NCBI GenBank assembly: GCA_052390235.1
Contig: JBQTHB010000006.1
Coordinates: 160,001 to 224,000 of the forward strand
Direction: 5' to 3'
Source: Deltaproteobacteria bacterium
GTDB lineage: Bacteria; Desulfobacterota_D; UBA1144; Nemesobacterales; CSP1-2
DNA length: 64,000 bases
The position numbers and the translations under genes are program-made. Of the stretch, positions 56,042 through 64,000 are shown in pieces (within the stretch, counting starts at the first letter, position 1; every line of letters starts with the position of its first letter). Below the pieces are notes generated by a model. That model was given only the letters and a program-made list of their open reading frames with translations, ran no database searches and was not told the DNA's origin.

Positions 56042-56919
56042 TCCGCGTAAGCGGGCTTAGGCACAAATACCCCGATGGAACGGCCCTTAGCTTCAGGGGA
56101 ATAGAATTTAGCGTCCAAAGAGGGGAGCGAGTCGCAATTTTGGGACCAAATGGGAGCGGCAAATCCACGCTCCTCTTTCACCTCGTGGGACTGTTTAAAT
56201 CCTCCGAGGGTACAATAAACGTCCTCGGGGCGAACCCCGCCAGAGAGTACGCGAAAATTCGGGAGCGCGTCGGGGTCGTCCTCCAAAACGTCGAAGAGCA
56301 AATCATCGCCCCCACAGTTTGGGACGACATCACTTTCTCCCCCAGGAACTACGGCTACAAAAAAGAGCGAATCCGAGAGCTTGCCGAAGGGGTAATTGCC
56401 AGCCTCGACATCGCCCACATTAGAAATAAAGTCCCCCACTACCTAAGCGGCGGAGAGAAAACCAAAGTGGGTCTCGCCGGAGCGCTAGTGGTAAACCCCG
56501 AAATCCTAATTTTGGATGAGCCGTTCGAGGGGCTAGACCCCATCTGCAGAACCGAGCTTATAAACCTGCTAAACCGCACGAACCGCGAGAGGGAAACCGC
56601 TCTGGTCGTCTCTACGCATAATATTGACACCGTTCCCCTAGTTGCCGACACGGTCTATTTAATGGCTGTAGGGGGGGAAATCGTCGCCAAAGGCACGCCT
56701 AAGGAAATATTCTCAAAGCCCGAGCTACTTGCCGGATGCCACGTGGAGCCACCTGTTTTAGGAGCGCTGTTCTCGGAATTAGGCAGGATGGGAATCCATC
56801 TGGATACGGCCCTGACGGTGGCCGAGGCGGCGGCGGTAATTGCCAAAGCGCTAAAATTCGGGAATATCCGCGAGGGCGGCGGAGCAGAGGCGCGGCTTGC
56901 TAACCTCGCCAATCCGTAA
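56029..56919 (+). CDS. cbiO: ECF transporter ATPase
   Basis: GPNGSGKST, LSGGEK, LDEP; TTG start at 56029 overlapping the cbiQ end, GAGAGG SD. Confidence 0.88.
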   Translation: MEEIIRVSGLRHKYPDGTALSFRGIEFSVQRGERVAILGPNGSGKSTLLFHLVGLFKSSEGTINVLGANPAREYAKIRERVGVVLQNVEEQIIAPTVWDDITFSPRNYGYKKERIRELAEGVIASLDIAHIRNKVPHYLSGGEKTKVGLAGALVVNPEILILDEPFEGLDPICRTELINLLNRTNRERETALVVSTHNIDTVPLVADTVYLMAVGGEIVAKGTPKEIFSKPELLAGCHVEPPVLGALFSELGRMGIHLDTALTVAEAAAVIAKALKFGNIREGGGAEARLANLANP

Positions 56920-56958
56920 TAAAATAGTCTAACCCCGATGGTTTGAGAGGATTTGCCC

Positions 56959-58248
56959 ATGCCAGAGATGAGAATCATAAGAAACTACGTTGACCGAAAG
57001 AACTCCGAGACTATCGGCTCTTACATGGATTCCGGGGGGTATGCGGCGCTCCCAATTGCGCTCAAAATGGATCCGATGCAGATTATCGAAGAGATTAAGA
57101 AATCCGGGCTTCGAGGGCGCGGCGGAGCGGGCTTTCCCACGGGAATAAAATGGAGCTTCATCCAGAGGGACTCGAAAAAGCCGATTTACCTGTGCGTAAA
57201 TGCCGATGAGAGCGAGCCGGGGAGTTTTAAGGACAGAGAAATTCTGGAGCGAGACCCGCATCAGATGATAGAGGGCATCATCATCGCCTGCTACGCTATA
57301 AACTCCCATAAATCCTACATTTACATACGCGGCGAGATGCCCAATGGAGCAAAAATAATAGAGCAGGCAATCCGCGAGGCTTACGAGAGAAAATTCCTCG
57401 GTGAAAACATCCTAGGCTCAGGGTTCGACCTCGACATAGTTCTATTCCGAGGCGCGGGGGCGTATATCTGCGGCGAAGAGACGGGACTGCTCGAGTCCAT
57501 CGAGGGCAAAAACGGCGAGCCGAGACCGAAACCCCCGTTTCCGGCGCAGGTCGGGCTTTTCGGATGCCCCACGATAGTCAACAACGTCGAGACCCTAGCC
57601 TGCGTCCCGCACATTATAAACCGCGGGGCGGAGTGGTTCGCTGGAATTGGAATCCCGAAGAACACGGGGACGAAAATCTACGGACTCAGCGGGTGCGTCA
57701 ACCGACCGGGTCTATACGAGCTTCCCCTCGGAATTACCCTAAGGGTGCTCATTGACGAATACGGAGATGGGATGCTCAAGGGCAAAGCCCCGAAGGCGTT
57801 TTCTCCCGGAGGCTCTTCTTCGGCTATTTTGACGGCTGAGGAGATGGATGTGACGCTTGATTTCGACACCCTAGCAAAGGCAGGCTCGATGCTCGGCACG
57901 GCTGGGGTAACGGTGATGGACGAGGACACTTGCATGGTCAGAGTGGCGCAGAATCTCGCGCATTTCTACAGGGACGAGTCCTGCGGGCAGTGCGTTCAGT
58001 GCCGCGAGGGGACTTGGTGGCTTGAGAAAATGCTCACGAGAATCGAAGAGGGCAGAGGACAGCCCCACTACATTGATACGATTCTCGACGCCTGTTTCCA
58101 GATGCGCGGGACGACTATCTGCGCCCTAGCCGACGGATGCGCTATGCCAGTGGAGTCAATTGTGAAGAAATTCCGCCCCGAGTTTGAAGAACACATCAGG
58201 CTCGGCAGATGCCCTTTCCCGAATAAATACATGGGAAGCTGGGATTAA
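56959..58248 (+). CDS. nuoF: NADH-quinone oxidoreductase subunit F
   Basis: [48 protein letters not shown]. Confidence 0.95.
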   Translation: MPEMRIIRNYVDRKNSETIGSYMDSGGYAALPIALKMDPMQIIEEIKKSGLRGRGGAGFPTGIKWSFIQRDSKKPIYLCVNADESEPGSFKDREILERDPHQMIEGIIIACYAINSHKSYIYIRGEMPNGAKIIEQAIREAYERKFLGENILGSGFDLDIVLFRGAGAYICGEETGLLESIEGKNGEPRPKPPFPAQVGLFGCPTIVNNVETLACVPHIINRGAEWFAGIGIPKNTGTKIYGLSGCVNRPGLYELPLGITLRVLIDEYGDGMLKGKAPKAFSPGGSSSAILTAEEMDVTLDFDTLAKAGSMLGTAGVTVMDEDTCMVRVAQNLAHFYRDESCGQCVQCREGTWWLEKMLTRIEEGRGQPHYIDTILDACFQMRGTTICALADGCAMPVESIVKKFRPEFEEHIRLGRCPFPNKYMGSWD

Positions 58249-58276
58249 AAAATCTCCAAAACGGAGGAATTAGGCA

Positions 58277-58699
58277 ATGGCATCATCGTGGAGAGAAACA
58301 TCTACTACGCTTGGATTGCTTTGGCTTCGTGGGCTGACAGGTCTGTTCATGGCTATATTTCATGGCTATGGAAAGATTTTCGGCGGGCGTATGGATAAAT
58401 TCACCGCAGGAGTCGCCGAGCTTGGCTTCCCAATGCCGGAGGTTTTTGCGTGGGCGGCGGCTCTGTCGGAATTCCTAGGGGGAATTTTAATTGCCCTCGG
58501 CTTGGGCGCTCGCATCTCGGCTCTGCTTCTGTTTGCCACTATGGCGACGGCGGCTTTCCTACAGCACGGCGCTGACCCGATAGATGTAAAAGAAAAAGCG
58601 CTCCTGTTTTTGGCTATGTCCGGGGCGATTGCGCTCCTAGGACCTGGGAAACTCTCGCTAGATTACGCGATATGCAGGTATTGGCGCAAAAAACCATGA
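58277..58699 (+). CDS. DoxX family membrane protein
   Basis: LR..FHGYGK, EFLGG..LGL, GPGKLSLD. Confidence 0.88.
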   Translation: MASSWRETSTTLGLLWLRGLTGLFMAIFHGYGKIFGGRMDKFTAGVAELGFPMPEVFAWAAALSEFLGGILIALGLGARISALLLFATMATAAFLQHGADPIDVKEKALLFLAMSGAIALLGPGKLSLDYAICRYWRKKP

Positions 58700-58797
58700 C
58701 GCGCAACGAGAGAGAAATTTCCCCTCGCGCGGGATTTTATGCTTGCGGCGGGTTTTGAAATATGTAATTTTAATACACACTCACTAGGGAGTTATAC

Positions 58798-59271
58798 ATG
58801 GCGTTCTCGGAAGAGTTGAAGCAGAGAATTGACGACATCATATCGAAATCGGAGACGAATCAGTCGGCCCTCATTCCGACCCTGCACGAGGTTCAGCGGC
58901 ATTTGGGATGGATCTCGGACGACTCTATGAGAGAGGTATCGGAGATTCTCAATATCTCTGCGGCAGGGGTGCAGAACGTGGCGACGTTTTACACGATGTT
59001 TTTTAGAAAGCCCGTTGGGAAGCACGTAATTTGGCTCTGCCGGACGCTGTCGTGCGCCCTTAGAGGGGCTGAACTCGTGGAGCATCACCTCTGCCATAAG
59101 CTCGGAGTCCGCATGGGCGACACCACGCCGGATGGAAAAATCACGCTCCTTGAAGCCGAGTGCCTCGCCTCCTGCGGGACTGCTCCGGCTATGCTCGTTG
59201 ACGACACTCTGCTCGAGAACATCACCAGAGCGCAGGTTGACGAACTCATTGAAACACTGAGAAATGACTAA
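58798..59271 (+). CDS. nuoE: NADH-quinone oxidoreductase subunit E (2Fe-2S)
   Basis: VATFYTMF, CRTLSC, ECLASCGTAP. Confidence 0.93.
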   Translation: MAFSEELKQRIDDIISKSETNQSALIPTLHEVQRHLGWISDDSMREVSEILNISAAGVQNVATFYTMFFRKPVGKHVIWLCRTLSCALRGAELVEHHLCHKLGVRMGDTTPDGKITLLEAECLASCGTAPAMLVDDTLLENITRAQVDELIETLRND

Positions 59272-60619
59272 TTTCAGCCGCGCCGAGAATGGGATGAACT
59301 TCACCGTAGCCAAAAGCCATGCCCGAGACATATTCAGAGAAGCCCTCGAAGCCGTTGACCCGAAGCGGTGCGTTCACGAACATATCGCGCTGGAAGGCAA
59401 CATCCTCACAGTCGAGAGCAAGCAATACGACCTGGTCAATTACCGCTCTGTCTCGGTTATCTCATTCGGGAAAGCCGCCTCCGCCATGAGCAAAGCCCTC
59501 GAAGAAATCTTGGCGGATAAAATCACGGACGGCATCGTCATATCAAATGCAAAACCCCCTTATTCGTTCTCGAAGATGAGGTTCTACCAATCAAGCCACC
59601 CGATACCCGACGAGCGCAGTCTCGGAGCGGCGCGGGAGGTGCTTAAAATCCTAGACGGCACGGATGAGCGCGACCTCGTGATATTTCTCATCTCCGGCGG
59701 CGGAAGCTCGCTCATCGCAATGCCCGCTCAGGGAATCTCGCTCGAAGACAAGCGAAAAACAACCGAGATGCTCCTAGTTTCAGGGGTTGACACCTACGGG
59801 CTTAACGCCGTGAGAAAGCACATCTCGCAAATCAAAGGCGGAGGATTGCTTAAAAAAGCCCTGCCATCGCAGATAATCACCCTCGTGCTTTCAGACGTCG
59901 TCGGCGATAAACTGGACGTTATAGCCTCAAGCCCCACCTTTCCCGACTCGACCACCTTTGAAGAGGCATGGAAGGTTATCGAAGCCCTGAGACTCGAACA
60001 CAGACTCCCCCCTCAAGTGGTCATCCGCCTCGAAGAGGGCAGGAAAGGGGAAATCCCCGAAACACTCAAAGATGGGGAATTCGACCCCGAAAAGGTTCAA
60101 ACCGTCTTCGTCGGAAACAACTTCAAAGCCCTAGTAGCGGCGCAGTCCAAGGCGGAGAGCCTCGGCTACAACACGCTTATGCTCTCTTCTCAGACCAAGG
60201 GAGAGGCGAGGGAAGTAGCCAAGGTCATAGCGTCGGTCGCGTTCGAGATAGAGCGGCTCGGCATTCCGGTGCAAAAGCCCGCCTGCGTTATTTTCGGCGG
60301 AGAGACGACCGTAACCGTTACGGGAAGCGGCAGGGGAGGCAGAAACACCGAAACCGCGCTTTCGTTCGCCATGGAGATAATGGGACACAACGCAGTGGGG
60401 CTGTTCTGCGGCACGGACGGCGTTGATGGACCCACGGACGCCGCCGGAGCTATATGCGACGGAGAGACGCGGCAGAAGGCGAGGGAATTAGGTATTAGCG
60501 CAAGGGAACACCTAGCCCGAAACGACTCCTACACCTTTTTCGAGAGAACCGGAGGTCTCATCAAAACGGGCCCAACGGGAACGAACGTCATGGATATAGG
60601 AGTGGTAATTGTCGAGTGA
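59264..60619 (+). CDS. Glycerate 2-kinase (MOFRL/TtuD type)
   Basis: GKAA, SHPIPD, ISGGGS, RKHISQIKGG, GGETTV..GRGGRN, TDGVDG, TGTNVMD. Confidence 0.92.
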   Translation: MTNFSRAENGMNFTVAKSHARDIFREALEAVDPKRCVHEHIALEGNILTVESKQYDLVNYRSVSVISFGKAASAMSKALEEILADKITDGIVISNAKPPYSFSKMRFYQSSHPIPDERSLGAAREVLKILDGTDERDLVIFLISGGGSSLIAMPAQGISLEDKRKTTEMLLVSGVDTYGLNAVRKHISQIKGGGLLKKALPSQIITLVLSDVVGDKLDVIASSPTFPDSTTFEEAWKVIEALRLEHRLPPQVVIRLEEGRKGEIPETLKDGEFDPEKVQTVFVGNNFKALVAAQSKAESLGYNTLMLSSQTKGEAREVAKVIASVAFEIERLGIPVQKPACVIFGGETTVTVTGSGRGGRNTETALSFAMEIMGHNAVGLFCGTDGVDGPTDAAGAICDGETRQKARELGISAREHLARNDSYTFFERTGGLIKTGPTGTNVMDIGVVIVE

Positions 60620-60753
60620 GGCGGCTCAAATGACACATCCTGCATCGAGCCTAGTGAACACCCGGCATTAGGGCAATGTAAAAGCCGCAGGGGATAGGAT
60701 AATCCCTCCATTTTACACCCGCCTATTCTCGGCTTATAATTCCCACCTAAGCC

Positions 60754-61476
60754 ATGAAATACGCCATCATCTCCGATATTCACGGCAACCTGCAAGCCCT
60801 CGAAGCAGTTCTTGGGAGGATTGACTCCCTAGGCGCGGACAGCATTATCTGCCTCGGCGATATTGTCGGCTACGGGGCAAGCCCCAACGAGTGCGCGCAA
60901 ATTATCGCAGGCAGGGGCATCGAGAGCATTCTCGGCAACCACGACGCCGTAGCCTGCGGCAGACAAGAGGCGGACAATTTCACCCCAATGGCAAAACGCG
61001 CCGTCCTTTGGACGCGGGACACCCTTACGCCAGAAACCCGAGATTTTCTGCTAACCCTCCCCGAAAGCCGACACTACGGGGAATTCATGGCGGTTCACGG
61101 GGCGATTTCAGACCCGAATCTCTATATAATGACTATCTATGAGGCGATTTGGGAATTCACCCTCATGGACGGCACAAACCTGTGTTTCTTCGGGCATACG
61201 CACATGAGAATTACATTTAGCCGCCGCGCAAGCGTAGTAAAACCCGTTAGGGATATGACCATCGAGCTTCAGCCGGGGCTGAGCTATCTCGTCAATCCGG
61301 GGAGCGTTGGACAGCCGAGGGACGGCAATCCCAACGCCTCTTTTCTCATTTACGACAGCGCTGCGGGGAGAATAGAATACTTTAGGGTTGAATATGACAT
61401 TAAAACGGCTCAGAGAAAAATCATTGACGCCGCGCTCGACACGAGGCTTGCCGAAAGGCTCGCGCTGGGAGTATAA
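60754..61476 (+). CDS. Calcineurin-like metallophosphoesterase
   Basis: SDIHGN, GDIVGYG, GNHD, VHG, GHTH, NPGSVGQPRD. Confidence 0.92.
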   Translation: MKYAIISDIHGNLQALEAVLGRIDSLGADSIICLGDIVGYGASPNECAQIIAGRGIESILGNHDAVACGRQEADNFTPMAKRAVLWTRDTLTPETRDFLLTLPESRHYGEFMAVHGAISDPNLYIMTIYEAIWEFTLMDGTNLCFFGHTHMRITFSRRASVVKPVRDMTIELQPGLSYLVNPGSVGQPRDGNPNASFLIYDSAAGRIEYFRVEYDIKTAQRKIIDAALDTRLAERLALGV

Positions 61477-61592
61477 CGACAGCTCGAGGCGCAAATTAAG
61501 ACCGCCGTCCAGAAATGAAGAGAGCTTCGAGTTTCACGCCAGAAACTAATCACTAGCCACTAGAAACTTTCTCGATACTGTCTCGGCGGCGG

Positions 61593-63068
61593 CTACAGGC
61601 TCTCGACAAAATCGGCGACGTTCTCAAGCCTAATCCCCTCGACGGCGATTTCCGGCGCAACGACGACCTCCTTGGAGTCCCAAATCCGGGTCGCCCGCTT
61701 CTCCCTCGAGATGGCGGTAATATTGCGGAGCAGACTCATGAAGTTATCGCTGATTCTGACCGTGTTAGGTTTTAGAGGCTCGGCGAGCGTTCCGTTCCGA
61801 ATGATGTACGAATCCCCCACGACGGTGCCTGTAAAGTAAGCCCTCGCAAGCCCATAGACCGGATAGAGATACCAGAGCCGCCCGATGTATATCCCGTTTT
61901 CAACCCCCGCAATTATAGCCTCAGAGGGAATCTCTTGAGTTCCTTCAATGATAAAATTTGTGGCGAAGATGGAATTTGTGCGGCGGAAATCCCGTCCTGC
62001 ATCGCCGAATCTAAAACCGTTTCGCGGGGGGAATTTGACGACTTTGGAATTTAGCTTTTCGGCGTAGTAGTGATTTGCCAAGAACCCGACGAGCCTGCCC
62101 TGTAGGATTAAATCCGTCCTTCCGGCGGGGAGTCCCTCGCAGGTAGCCCTCCTGCTTCCGGGCTGAAATTGAGCCGCCCCGTCATCATAGACGTTGAGAA
62201 TAGGGGAGGCGACCTGCGCGCCCAATTTCCCCGCAAAAGGGGAGTTGCCAGAATCTATCGAGGCAAGCGATAGGGCAGATGCAATCATCTCGGATACGAG
62301 CATCGAGACGGCGTTGCTCCCGAAAACGACTCTATACTCGCCTGATTGGATTCTCCTGCCGTGGACGGTTGCCGCCGCGCCCCTCGCCGCCTCGCGCCCT
62401 GCCTCTTCGGGGTGGAATCGGGCAATATGCGTCGCGCTGGCAGAGCCTGTGCCTTTGGCGTCCGCCTCTTCAATCATCGCAGTTATCGAGGCAAAAAGGC
62501 AGGAATTCTCATCCGACGCTTGAACCCCCTGGGTGTTTGCGACCGCCATCCGCTCTTTCAATATAGTTATGTCGCCGCCGACTATTAGGCTCTTTAAGAA
62601 ACCGCGCCCTTTGAATTCGGCAAGCGCCCCCGAAAGCGTATCCCATCCGAGAGCTACAGCCCTCTCATCGTCCAAGTCCATCACCAATGGGTCTGCGAAC
62701 GACTCAGCGCTCGCTTTTTCATCGGGCGGCGATGGGAGGGACTTAAAATTGGGGTCTGCCACGGCGTTGCCCCTTGCTTTTTCGAGCGCAGTCCTGACGC
62801 CTTCGAGCGAGAGGTCGGCGGTTTCGCTTCCGTGTCCGGTTTTAATCCCCTCGGGGGAGTGAAATGCGGCAAACACCGACACGCCGTATCCGGCGATATT
62901 TTTCGGCTCGTGAACCCCGTTGCAGAGGATGTCCGATGTGTAATTTATACGCACGGTTACGTTGTCATTCCACGAGGCATAGACCTCTGCTTCTCTCACA
63001 TCGGCTTGGGATTTCACATATTCAATCCCCTCGCTCACGCAGCGTCTCAAATCGTCAGTAGCAATCAT
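61593..63068 (-). CDS. pmbA: PmbA/TldE family protein
   Basis: TldD/PmbA fold without HEXXXH; lies downstream of tldD. Confidence 0.8.
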   Translation of the reverse strand: MIATDDLRRCVSEGIEYVKSQADVREAEVYASWNDNVTVRINYTSDILCNGVHEPKNIAGYGVSVFAAFHSPEGIKTGHGSETADLSLEGVRTALEKARGNAVADPNFKSLPSPPDEKASAESFADPLVMDLDDERAVALGWDTLSGALAEFKGRGFLKSLIVGGDITILKERMAVANTQGVQASDENSCLFASITAMIEEADAKGTGSASATHIARFHPEEAGREAARGAAATVHGRRIQSGEYRVVFGSNAVSMLVSEMIASALSLASIDSGNSPFAGKLGAQVASPILNVYDDGAAQFQPGSRRATCEGLPAGRTDLILQGRLVGFLANHYYAEKLNSKVVKFPPRNGFRFGDAGRDFRRTNSIFATNFIIEGTQEIPSEAIIAGVENGIYIGRLWYLYPVYGLARAYFTGTVVGDSYIIRNGTLAEPLKPNTVRISDNFMSLLRNITAISREKRATRIWDSKEVVVAPEIAVEGIRLENVADFVESL

Positions 63069-63208
63069 TCACTCTCTCCACAAGTTCTGCGACTCAGAAA
63101 AGCAGTTTTTAGTAGCTGGTTTCTAGTTATAAGCATCCGGCGCTCTGCTCCTATTGGCGTTCATAATACCCAATTTGTGGCTAAAGCCGTCCTGCATCAT
63201 GAGCAGCG

Positions 63209-64000
63209 CTACCTTGCCCCGGTAAGCCTCGCCCTGCTTCTCATCGTGGGAGCGCCGTTTCCGACTCTAAGCGCCTGCATCGGGACTCCCTTACCACAGT
63301 TGGGCATCGGCAGGAGGCGAAAATCGCTCCCGACGGCGTCAACGTTGAGCAGATAATCCCTTGAATCCGACATCATTCCGCCGCTCCTGTAGAGGGTCTG
63401 AAGCTCGCCGTTTTTAATCCTATACACGCGCCTCGCCGAGATGCTGAAATTCTCCCTTGACTCGCCGATGGACGGGGTGTGATGCCCGGCGAGATAGTAC
63501 CCGTCGTCAACCTCGCGGATGATGTCCTCGGCATTTGTCTCGCCGGGAGCAAATACCGTGTTCGTCATCCTCACCAGCGGGACAAAGTAGGTATGCGTCG
63601 TCTGCATCGCCCCGTTCGGCTCTTCTCCGAGTATTGCGGCGGACTCTCGGCTGTTGAGAAAACCCCGGAATACCCCGCGCTCGATGTGGGTAACCCGCCT
63701 GCCTTTGACCCCCTCGGCGTCGTATTTATAGAATCCGTAGCCGGGAAGCGAGGTGTCGGAATACGCCGAAACTAGGTCTGAGGCGACTTTGCGTCCGATT
63801 TGGTTTTTGCTAAAACTCCTAAAGAGCCAGCTCCGTCCGGCGTAGGCGGTCTCGGTTTTAAGGGCGCGGTCTGCCTCGCAGGGATGCCCTATGATTTCAT
63901 GCGCCAGAAGGGAGTTATAGTGCGGGTCTGAGACGACGACGACCTCTCTATCAGTAGCCGGGAGCATTTGGGCTTTGGACAGCTCCAGTGTCTCGCGTCC
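63209..64000 (-). CDS. tldD: TldD family metalloprotease (5' end outside window)
   Basis: HEIIGHPCE, DAEGV, RMTNT, CGKG motifs. Confidence 0.9.
   Translation of the reverse strand, partial: GRETLELSKAQMLPATDREVVVVSDPHYNSLLAHEIIGHPCEADRALKTETAYAGRSWLFRSFSKNQIGRKVASDLVSAYSDTSLPGYGFYKYDAEGVKGRRVTHIERGVFRGFLNSRESAAILGEEPNGAMQTTHTYFVPLVRMTNTVFAPGETNAEDIIREVDDGYYLAGHHTPSIGESRENFSISARRVYRIKNGELQTLYRSGGMMSDSRDYLLNVDAVGSDFRLLPMPNCGKGVPMQALRVGNGAPTMRSRARLTGAR

Noticed and set aside
1..64000. CRISPR array, tRNA/rRNA genes, IS elements, prophage or defence genes
   Set aside because: No regularly spaced repeats, cloverleafs, transposase, integrase or phage motifs were recognised by eye

Overview
Bacterial genomic window with about 56 CDS and no rRNA, tRNA, CRISPR array or transposase. 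The gene content (rpoH together with hrcA, TonB systems, EF-G2, two dnaK genes) suggests a Gram-negative deltaproteobacterium-like lineage such as Desulfobacterota/Dadabacteria; this is inference only. The standout region is a ~17 kb trace-metal island at 4.7-21.9 kb. It contains (i) a candidate copper module: a CruR/CutF-like secreted leader ORF ending in RSPP whose RSPP codons are complementary to the Shine-Dalgarno of the downstream TonB-dependent receptor, followed by a Cys-motif beta-propeller lipoprotein. Facing these are a tandem-duplicated His-rich helical lipoprotein and a cupredoxin. It also contains (ii) an exbB-exbD-tonB operon with a Fur-type box, (iii) a candidate nickel module (rcnA-like gene, nikR, Znu/Tro-type ABC transporter, second TBDR), and (iv) an ECF sigma/RskA anti-sigma pair arranged head-to-head, with a putative TAAWCCG-N15/16-CGTATATA promoter that recurs upstream of the His-rich lipoprotein. 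The rest of the window holds cofG-cofH (FO synthase), thrC-like plus a sulfur carrier, hrcA-grpE-dnaK-dnaJ and a separate rpoH-dnaK, EF-G2, two DUF4384-like genes with a CHASE2 adenylate cyclase, proS, DUF411-fdhD-ydeP, polA, lhgO, a Fur-family regulator with cbiMQO, orphan nuoF/nuoE, glycerate kinase and tldD-pmbA. All family calls come from motif recognition by eye; no database search was run.
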